From positions 48,858,001 to 48,922,000 of the forward strand of contig NW_024704742.1 in NCBI RefSeq assembly GCF_018977255.1: 64,000 nt of DNA. The letters are read 5' to 3'. The stretch comes from Callorhinchus milii (Eukaryota). Positions 53,890-64,000 of the stretch are shown here, in pieces. The notes under the pieces are model-generated. The model did not search any database. It had not been told where the DNA came from and saw nothing but the letters and a program-made list of their open reading frames with translations. Both the position numbers and the translations under genes were made by a program. Numbering within the stretch: the first letter of the stretch is position 1; the number at the start of each line of letters is the position of its first letter.

Positions 53890-54080
53890 AATAATAATAA
53901 TAATTATTGCATTTGATATAGCGCTTTTCACATCTTCTCGACGTCTCAAAGCGCTTCACAGAATATGCAGTAAAGTGAATTGACTGTACATTTGCGGGCG
54001 AAACGCGGCAGCCAATTGGCACAGCAGTGTCCCACAAACAGTCGTGGATTGAAAATGATCAACTTATTATTGGTTTGTTT
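53890..54080 (-). mobile_element. 5'-truncated tRNA-SINE
   Basis: Family tail and 3' body. Confidence 0.85.
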
Positions 54081-54599
54081 TGGAGGTCCTTGCGGCAGGA
54101 GTAAAGTAGAATCTCCGTTGGCCTCAAAAAGCTCCAAGGAAGCAAGCCAGATAGGTCTACATGATGACTGACCCGCTTGTCTGTTTTATCAATGCATTGG
54201 AGACATGTAAATCTGTGTTGATTAGTAGAAGTTCTTCGGGTCCTTCGTCTAGTTGTTTGGTGTGAGGGGGGAGGGGAGGTATTGGGTTTTGTCAGATCTG
54301 GCAAGGTGAACCTTGCTGCCAAAAGGGAGAAATCTGTGAGCTTGTGTGTGGCATGGGATCTATGGCAGTTACCCAAGTATCAATGGAATTGAGTTCAGGG
54401 CAAGAGTAAGGCCAATCATTATTATATTGATGACTATGCCCTTTCCCAGAAACGGTAATGAGGACATGATTGTGTGAGAAGCAGGTTTGGCCGCATATCT
54501 GTAGAGTTCATTGCTTTGAATCAGGTGATTTTATTAGCCTTATTTGTGGGGTTAGGTACATACAGTTCAGGATTCTCATTTGTTTGAAGGAAAAGCTAA

Positions 54600-54790
54600 T
54601 GGGAACAACAATCAAATAAAGCTTAAACCAGAAGAGTGCAGTCCCACTAAGGTGGATGAAGAAAAAGAGGCAGTGGAGGAGGATGGCATGATTGACTGTG
54701 TCGAACGCAGTGGAGAGGTTCAAGAGGACAAGGAGGAAGAGGGGTCCCTGGTCACGGAGACAGAGGATGTCATTAGTCAGTGGCAGCACA
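54600..54790 (-). mobile_element. L2 LINE RT fragment
   Basis: LLVLLNLSTAFDTVNHAILLHCL...SGTALFWFKLYL. Confidence 0.85.
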
Positions 54791-54964
54791 GATATCCTGC
54801 ATTCTCTATTGTCGTAAAGGACGTATCAAGTGAAAAGAGATTAATTTTTGAGGATGTTCCTTAACTGAAGAGGATCAATTGTAATGGGTTGGCTGCCATT
54901 AGAGTATGGTGAGCATGGTGAAATTCTGGAGGTAATGTCAGGTAAGATATAACTGCAATCATTA

Positions 54965-55250
54965 CATTTCATGTAGCGTCAAAGCATGCTTCACAGAGTT
55001 TTTCTGTAAAGCGTAGTGACTGTGTATTTTTAGGTGAACAAATAAACCAATGCCCCACATTCATGAAATGAAAGATTTTTTTTTAATCTTGGGTATTGTT
55101 GAATAGGACACGAGGAGAAACTCTATTTTGCTTTCGAATAGTGAAATGGGATCTTCAGTGTTCACCTGAACAGGTAGATGGGACTTCGGTTTAACATCTC
55201 AGGCAAAGTCCGTGTCTCCAACAATCCAGCACACTCTCAGCACCAGAGCC
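54965..55250 (-). mobile_element. Old Deu-domain SINE
   Basis: ttcgaatagtgaaatgggatctt...cacctgaacagg...cggtttaacatctca is the reverse complement of the Deu domain of AmnSINE1/SacSINE1-type elements. Confidence 0.7.
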
Positions 55251-56446
55251 TATGAGCTCAAAGTTGCTATCCTGCTATCAAATGAGCCAGGTTGACTCTC
55301 ACATTCTACTGAAAAGGTACTGTTGACATTGTGGAATTTGCTCATCAACTTACAAAAGGATCTGATTTGGTCCTTGTGGTGCAGCCTACCACAAGGTTTA
55401 GTGTTTGCTTCCCCATTGAAAAGCCTTGCAGACGTTTGTAGCAAATGTTTACATGTCGTTGTCACACCAGAGCAGGAGTGAAGGCTGATGAGGAAGAACA
55501 GGAAGAATGGACGCTTGTATGAGATATTGTAAATCTCTAGCAACTGTGCAATTATTCCCCAGCGTGTGTCGGAGTCTTCAATAGAAAAGGAAAAAATTTG
55601 GAGTATAAAAATACCATTTTTTCATATAGCTGTGAGAACTTTAAATACAAATGAGTGTTGAAACCATACTGAGGCATTATCATGCAATCATAAAGCAACA
55701 ATGTCTCCGCTTAAACCCGTATGTGCAACATGCCTGTTTACATTATATTAACAAGTATATTTTGAATGGATTTGTAGGAAATGTTTGCAAATAAAACATT
55801 TTTGTGAAGAAGATAATTTATACATTCTGACTGGTGAAAAAAGAGGGAATATGTTATAATGTACTTCCTTCATGAATATACAGTATTATTGAAAGGAGGA
55901 AAGACGAAGATTCATGTGTAGCAGAACATTTCAAATACTGGAAGGTGCAATAACAAGGCATGCAGGCAAAAGTTTCCAATCTGTGTATAAAATGATTTTG
56001 GATGACTGACATAGAAGAAAAAAGAGGGCATGGAAAAGTGAAACAAGAAAAGGACAATATTTCAACAAATGACCATATATACAATCTCAGTTTATCAACG
56101 AATTGCATATTTCTTTCATTGTTTTAATTAAGCAGAAGTCTGGTTTTTCAAATATGCACAAAAATAATGAAGGAAATTGTTTACATATAATAGCATATTG
56201 TAACAGTATTTGTGTCCATTTGTTCTGTTTCAAATTCTAGACAATAACTGACCTTTCATCTTTGGGAGGACAATCACTAGGGGCACCCTCTACAGAGTCA
56301 TAATCTGCGTTTTGGAGGTGCATTGGCCATAGAAACAGGAGGTCTGAGAGTGTTGAAAGGGCATTACCTGACCACTAGGCCTGAGTGTTTTTTTGAGTGC
56401 TCCATTTTTTTGATAAGTTTACAATATATGACAAAATAACATCCTC

Positions 56447-57275
56447 AACAACAACAACAGCAACGTGGATTTATATAGTGCCCTCCATGCCGGACGGCAT
56501 CTCAGAGCTCTTCACAGTAACGGATCCTGGGGCCAAGCCAGGGGGAGGGGGAGGAAGGTGACCAAAGGCACGGTCGAAAAGAAAGGTCTTCAACTGAGAT
56601 CTGAAAATAGGAAGAGAGGGGGCGAGGCGAAGGGAGTGAGGAAAGGAGTTCCAGAGCCTCAGGGAGTAATGGCTGAAGGCACGGCCGCCGATGGTGGAGC
56701 GGAGGATTCGGGGGACAAGGAGGATGCCTGACCCGGTGGAGCAAAGGCAACGGGCACTATTGTGAGGAGAGAGGAGGTCAGAGAGGTAGGGTGATGCAGA
56801 GGAGTGGAGGGATTTGAAGACAAGGGTGAAGTTGATCCTCTCTGGGAAAGGCAGCCGGTGCAGTCTGGCAAGGACTGGGGTAATCGGGGAGCGGAGTTTG
56901 GTGCAGGTAAGAATGCGGGCGGCAGAGTTTTGGATGACCTGGATTTTATGGATAGTAGTGGAGGGGAGACCGGTGAGGAGGTCATTTGAATAGTCCAGTC
57001 GAGAGGTGACAAAGGTATGGACCAGGGTTTCAGAGGCTTTTGGAGTGAGGTATTGGCAGAGATGGGCGATGCGTCGGAGGTGGAAGAAAGCGGTGCTGAT
57101 GAGGGACCAGATGTGGGAGAGGAAGGATAATTGGGGGTCGAACCTGAGGCCTAGGTTGTCTAGGCGCCTAGGAGAGTTTAAGGAGTAGGTCGGGTAGGTG
57201 GAGGAGGTGAGAACCATGTGATTTTAGACGTTGACGAGAGCCAAAGAGTATGGCTTCCATCCTGTCAACATCCAG
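56447..57275 (-). mobile_element. L2 LINE, 5'-truncated, with 3' tail
   Basis: 248-aa ORF NLGLRFDPQLSF...AFFHLRRI...TLVHTFVTSRLDYSN...IQNSAARILT...GGRAFS...LWNSFP; (TTG)n tail. Confidence 0.93.
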
Positions 57276-58009
57276 ACAGTATCTTAGAATCCTCAAGAAA
57301 ATAAGAGAGGAAATAGCTGAGATACTCAGTAATAATAGTAATAACAGCGCTTCAAGACATCTCAAAGACGTAATAAGGCGCTATATCAAATGCAAGGATT
57401 ATTATTATAATAATTTTAGCAGCAGCATAAATACAAGGCTGTACTTGATAAATGGCTCATGTAATCCTTAAACCTTAAACCACATGTTAAAGAGCCATGC
57501 GTTGGACTTTCAATAAGGGTTACTATGGTTGATCACTGAATAAGGGAGAAGATATAGATCCCAAAATAATATGGGAATATTTTGAGGAAGTAATTATTTT
57601 ATATGAGAGAAATTTGTTGAATCTCTTAACATCTCACAGCTTAAAAATAAATATAAGAAAAGGGAATAAGAAGTGTGCAAGATTTTTTTTAGTAAAAAAG
57701 GTACCAGGCAAGTGGAACAAATTGTCAGAGAAAGTTGAATAAGGGACAATAAAGGTTTTCAGAAACAAACTAGATATCTTCCTACGGATTAAAATAATTT
57801 AAGGTTAAAGATGATGAGATATGAGTGTCTTATCGGAAAGTTGGGTGGGTAGGCTTGATGGATGTACTCCTGCCTAATATCATTGTTATGTTACTTTAGT
57901 GTGTATGTGAATGAAATATTCAAATGTGACCTGATAAGGTTTAACATGAAAGCATTTTAAAGGAGATAAAGAAATTAATTACAAATAATCTGGTTGGATT
58001 AATAATTGC

Positions 58010-58640
58010 CCTTCACAACTTTGAACCTGTGCCCTCTGTCCCACTGCTTTGGCCTATCTGAAAATATGGTTCTGGGTTTACTTTATCTATTGTATCTTGC
58101 ATTGTATACACTGCTGTAAAGTGCTCTCCGAGATATCGCTTTTGAATACAGAAGAGTTCTAACTTATATAATCGTTTCCCATAGTGCATGCCTGTAACCT
58201 GGGGATCAGCTTCATATCTTGGAATGCAATACCTTGGAATTTGTCTGCTTTGAACTTTATTTGCCATTGATCATTCCAGTTGAATGCCATCTCAAGCAAT
58301 CTTTGTGAGACCTTAGCTGCCTCTAACTCCACATTTATTGTAACTTGGTGGTATCTGCAAGTGTATCTTCTGTACCTGGGTGTGGAAATCTGTGTTAATC
58401 ATGGATATTAGGAGCAGGAGGCATCCTAGCAAAAGCTTCTTGAAATACCCCCTCATTATCTCCTCCCATTTTGATCTGACACCCTTTATAATTATTTTTG
58501 TTTTTCTTCCGTTTTGCCAGTTACTAATCCACATCTGCACCCTGACCTTTAATGTGCACTGATATCAGCTTGAAAAGGAATTTCTTTCATGGTACTTTAT
58601 CAAAAATATTTGAAAGTCTAGGTACACTGCATTATATCAC
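58010..58640 (-). mobile_element. Highly decayed CR1 fragment
   Basis: MWISNW..., YGKRLYKLELF...VNPEPYFQ-type CR1 ORF2 remnants. Confidence 0.55.
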
Positions 58641-60779
58641 TTCTCACTGAGTGGAGATCCCCCATAAATATTCAATGTAGTATTGATTAACTCATTTGAA
58701 AAGAGGTGGGTACAATTTGGTTATGAAAGGATATAGGGGTTATAGCAATAGATATTGACATGGACAAATACTCTATGGAATAGTGTGATTCTCGTCCTTT
58801 TAGAACCTTTGGAATATCATCAGTGGGTTGGAAGTGTTCAGAGCTGAATAATGCAAATTGTAATGTTAGGTTGATATGATTGGGTTTATTCAATTGTCTT
58901 TGACGGTCAGGGAGAAATCTCACAGAATTCTTTCTTCTTGAAAGTTTCACCTGCGGTTATTTATTTCCCTCAGGACATTAAATAAAGAGAGGATACTTCC
59001 TGGCATTGAAATTCTACATGATCCACTGAAAAGGGTGTGCCAAATATTGTTGTTTATTTTGTTCAGTGCTCTCCTTGCTTTCTCTGTTTATAGTTAAAAC
59101 AAAGGAATTTGCATATTAACACTCACAGAGGGACCTAATTGACAGATACTTAGCCTTCAGCGGGGATTATAAGATCCAGAGATATAAAAAACATCAATTT
59201 GGATCAGACACACACTCTGCCAGAGCTACCAGAAATCAGAGATACTCTATTAAACCACTAGGTGATGAATAAGAGTTCATTATTGAACACATATCTTTAT
59301 TCTATATAAGGTCATTCAATAACAGTACATCTTGGATTATACTTATATTGTGCACATTTGCTTGTGACCATAGTAAGACCACGTGTTTTATGAAGCTGTG
59401 GTGGCGTTCTGCCATTTAATAATTGGATCAGTTGTGATTATTATCATTATCAAACATACAGAATTATGTAATGTTGCAAATTCAATGTCAATCCTTAACT
59501 TTTGCAGGTATCAGTAACCCAACCCTGCTATAAACAAGACAGATCAGCTTTTCACATGTTCTTTAAAAATTTGCATCTGAATTGAAACTGTATCCCGTTT
59601 TATCTGCATTCGAATGCCAATTGTTGCAATGGGGATAATCTTTAGCATGGAGAACTCCAAAGGGGCAGCCATTGTACCGAGGTGTGTGTGTGTGTGTGAG
59701 TGGCCGGGTGATTTCCCAGCCCCCCAGCAGGGTGTTACAACACAGACAATAGTTAAGAAATGTTAATGTTTGATACATACATGATGCCACACAATTTGGA
59801 AACTGACCCACATGGGTCTTGCTCAATTCCGTTGTCCAGTTAATACCTTGGTTAGCTTGCCAATTCATGAATGCTTAAAATCTTTAGTCAGTGATGTTCA
59901 GTATGCAGTATTGTTACCATATACGCTTACAATGGTGTGTTTATTTGATGGTAATAAACCCTTTACAATAATTACATAGGTCACATTTTCCTCATTAAAT
60001 TAAGTCGAGCTATAATAGATATTTCATAACAAATAAAATTCACAATTAAGCCAACTACTGTTGGGTTGACCTGACTCAAATAAGCCAAGACTATTTCATG
60101 TGCTTTTATGCATGCTGAGTATTGTTAGTCACATTTGAATAAGGGCATGATATTTCTAGTGCAGTATGAGTTTACCGTAAATCTCACATAATTACAGCTA
60201 AATATGAGTCTGTTGTGAGTTATAAGTGTTGTGAGTAGCATAAGAATTTTTATGATGCTCTCACAGGAATTTTAGGATTTTTAAACTGCATATGATTTTT
60301 TAAAACATCTACCAGCGGTGGTTATATTGCATTACAGTATAGTATTAATTTAAAGCTCCAGACTATGACAGGAATAGAAACTTCACTGTGTGGAGCTGCT
60401 TTGTTATTTACTTAACACAAGGAAGCCACTTTCTGCATTCATGTATTAAAGAAATGAAGAGAAAATGGATTCCACGTTATGTATCAAAACACTCCATATT
60501 CCTGATCATACAGGATACAGAGTCCCTCACAGCTTATACTCCTCAATACATGTTTATTTCATTTTGAAATGGTAAGTGCTTTTGAACTACCATGGAAAAA
60601 GCACGGAGTGAAGAAGCAATAAAATATAATACTTGGTTTTATAAAGCTTTGGAAAAGGACATTGTCTTTTGTACCATTTTTGCATAAAGAAATATTTATT
60701 TGGTGGGATTTATTATAACAATAGCTATAGGGTCAGCCTAAAAAGGGAGTTTTTCATTTAAAGACTTAAATTTAACTAT

Positions 60780-61370
60780 CTTCCTTGGAAGGGCATAAAC
60801 AGGGTCCCCTTTGAGTTGAGCTATCTCCAAGGTGACGTGCTTGCCGAGGGAATGTCAGAATTGAGTCAATGCTCTGTGGCGGTCTTCGAAGTTGGCTCCT
60901 GAGCCAGACTGCTGTCATCAGTTTTGAGATGTCTCAAAGACATGAAAAGGGCAATATCAAATGCAAGCATTATTATTTTTATTATTATAAGCTGCTAATA
61001 CTGCTGCTTCCAGAGCAGTGCCGATGACAGACCAGCCAGCCTGGCTCATCAGTAGTACTTGGAGGAAGAGTCCAGTAACTGAGGATAAGGATTCTCCCAT
61101 TTGGCTCTCTTTAACCCTGCAAACAAAAGCCCTAGTAGCTAGGGTTGTCTGAGCTGGTTAAGCAGAAGGAAGCTTGCCAGACAGTGATCCAGCATGACCT
61201 CAATGCACACTCTGGGGTTCATAACCAAACTGAAATTAGGTGAGAGTACATATCCCATTCTAGACACAGGGACATTTTTTACATACATATCTAGAATTTG
61301 TAGCCTGTTTTGGATATTTTTATGAATGGGAATGGGTTTGTTCATGTGTCAGACTCCTGGCTGATCAAAA
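60780..61370 (+). repeat. Unclassified interspersed repeat, copy 3, interrupted by a SINE tail (about 60920-60990)
   Basis: ctccaaggtgac, gctcctgagccag, gcctggctcat, acactctggggttc and tcatgtgtcagac are shared in the same order with 7530-8135. Confidence 0.7.
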
Positions 61371-61530
61371 ACAGACTTAAGGATGGATAGAGATGTGGCA
61401 GAGTCATTTAGATGGATATAAATGCATGATTTATAAATATGTATTTTAAAGAGGTTTTAACTTTAATAAATGTGCTTTGCTTAAATTTTTAAAATATTTT
61501 TAAAATGTTCTGAGGCCTGACATTTCCCAT

Positions 61531-61700
61531 GGTCTTAGTCAAAAGACCATTGTCTTAAAATGTAAGATTGTACAGGATTTTAGAAAATTCTGAAATTCCG
61601 TCTAAATTTGATAACCAGCAATGTTCCGCTTCCAGATTAAGGCTGAATTAAAAGTTTTCCAATTTTGTACGATCTTAAATTTTAAGACAATTGTAAGACC
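61531..61700. mobile_element. MITE-like inverted-repeat element
   Basis: 61549-61574 and 61666-61691 are reverse complements at 24/26 positions. A related arm lies at 33578-33642. Confidence 0.55.
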
Positions 61701-61940
61701 AAGAACTTAGATGTATGTACATAAAGTAACATTAACATTATATTAGTTAGCATTAATATTAACAATAAAATAATTTAATTAGCATCCAAATAATAAATAT
61801 TGAAGAGTAAGGGGAAACAGCAGGAATTGGTGCAGATAATTCCATTTGGGGGAACTAGCACCAGCACAAACACGATGGTTCAAATGGCCTTTTGTGCTGT
61901 AAACTTTCTATGATTCTTTATATATATATATACTATATAT

Positions 61941-62312
61941 ATTATAATCCTTGCATTTGATATAGCACCTTATCACATCTTCGAGACGTCTCAAGGCGCT
62001 TCACAGAATATACTGTAAAGTGTATTGATTATATATTTTGTGGGCGAAATGCAGCAGCCAATTGTGCACAGCAGTGTCCCACAAACATGGATTGAGTAAC
62101 CAAATTATTATTATTTTTTCTATTTTTTTTAAGGGATTATTACTCCAGAAAAGTGATCCGCCAATCAACTAACAACCGGGTTCCTACTTACTGCTTGGTA
62201 AACAGAGGCGTGAGGAATAAGGAAAATTGCCCAACATTCACCCTGCCTGGGAATCGAATCCAAGTCTCTCGCTTGTGAGGTGAATGCTCTAGCCACTACA
62301 CTACAGGACTCC
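61941..62312 (-). mobile_element. tRNA-derived SINE, full length
   Basis: Reverse complement of the family head, body and tail. Confidence 0.92.
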
Positions 62313-64000
62313 ACATATATTATGAATGACATCATATAATTTAATATGAAGACAATTTCGTTCGAGGAAGGTAAGGACCATTGCTGTCCATTGAGCTACT
62401 CACATCAAAGTTTTTAAGAGTGCAATTGTGGAAAAAAGAGAAAAACAGTGAAATGAATGGTGTGATTTATATCCAAATTGAATCTTCATTTGAGAGAAGA
62501 ATGTTGAATTTATCTTCCTAATGCAACGCAAAAAAGCTCTATGCGAGAATATTTTGCCTAAGAAAAAATACCCTTGTGATTATTTTAGACAACATTTTTA
62601 ATTGTTATTAATGGGAGTTTTGCAAATAACGAAGGATTAGGTCAGTAAACAATCTTATGGAGCAGAGAGTTCAACCTTGTTCAACATTTATTATGAAACA
62701 AGATAGACAATTACAACATTCATCTTGCGACATTTAGATTATTTTAATTTTGCATATTTAATATTTCCTTTTCATCTAAAAGCTTCTTGCAACTTGTAAA
62801 ATAAAAACAGTGCCCTGTTCTGAGATATAACCTCTGATAATGATGTATGCTTCAGATAATACTAAGTTTCATTTTTTTTTTTAAAAAGCAGAATGCTTCT
62901 TTTCTCAACAAACTAAACTCCAGTGTCAGGAACATGAGAGTAAGCAGCTAATTATACAAAGGAATAAGTGGCTAGTGAGTTGTGATTTTTTTTCCAATAA
63001 ATATATTTGTCATAGGTTACTGCTGTTCCTAATAATATATTTTATCCATGTCAGATCTTGAACTTTTATGTGGTTATGTCTGTATGATAGTGCTTCTACA
63101 TGTTCGAAAGACCTTAGTTACAAAAATGTCTATCTAAATACGAGCCAAGAAATGTCCCTTCATATTTCTTCAAATGCAGGAGGAGCATCAAAGGCATTGC
63201 TGAACCCATTAGATTGTCATCCCAATGCAATGAAAATAATACCATGCTTTATCCACAAACTGGTCTAGTGCCAGCCCCTGTGAAAATTATGATACCATTA
63301 TTGGTTGCTCCCTGTTGTTCTGCTAATGGTATGATGATAAGATGTTCTCCAGTGATAACTATCAGTGCCACAGAGGCTTTATTTTAAATTACCTCCAACT
63401 AATACACTCATGATGCAGGAAACAAGTGTGAGTCAATTATCAAAAGTGTATAAAATTTTGGCAGTTATTGATCTCTTTCAATTCAATATTTAGTAAATAG
63501 ATGACACACATAAGTCAAAAAGGCAATGGATCGCAACGGGATTTACAGATAGCAAGTCAAAGTAAGTAAGAGGGAAATCTGCCAGTAATTGGCATTGCGT
63601 TATGGTGAATTCATGGCATTGCGGGATCTACTTTCAGAACTTCAGAGCATGAATCTTATGAGTTGGCTGTGGCAACATGAGTCCCAGAATTGTGCAGCAT
63701 GGAAAGGGGACATTGGTGCCAGCCCTCTGGAAGAGCTACACATTTTAGACAACAATCCCACTCTCTGACATACTGCCAGTTACTACAGTATTCCCTGTTA
63801 GCATCTCCCATTCACTGTGAGTAAATCCAATTGTGAAGCCATGTTTTCACCTACAAAATACACATTCACTCCACTCTACCGTGTACCATGTGAAGCTCTT
63901 TGAGACTTCCTCCTGACGTGAAAGGCCTATTTCAAACGTAGAGATTTTCTATTAGGATTATTATTATTTTTGACTCCACTATAGCTTGTGCAAACTGTGT

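Overview
Vertebrate genomic DNA. The repeat repertoire (Deu-domain tRNA-SINEs, L2, CR1, Penelope-like) points to a cartilaginous fish, possibly a chimaera; this is inference. The only supported host gene is PHOX2B on the minus strand: three coding exons 16718-16478, 15554-15367 and 13098-12661, 867 nt, 288 aa, with canonical GT-AG junctions. It sits in a roughly 17 kb CpG-rich, transposon-poor domain with several candidate enhancers. Its exon 3 encodes both a 9-Ala and a 19-Ala tract and is sandwiched between G-rich tandem arrays, one of which fills about 1.2 kb of the 3' UTR. The rest is a gene desert of retroposon and DNA-transposon fossils: a Penelope-like end with a hammerhead-ribozyme core, an Academ-like transposase fossil, a mosaic SINE family, and an unclassified three-copy repeat. 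I found no clearly new multi-gene system. The most notable signals are the PHOX2B exon 3 architecture, the 5' leader uORFs and the mobile-element RNA motifs.
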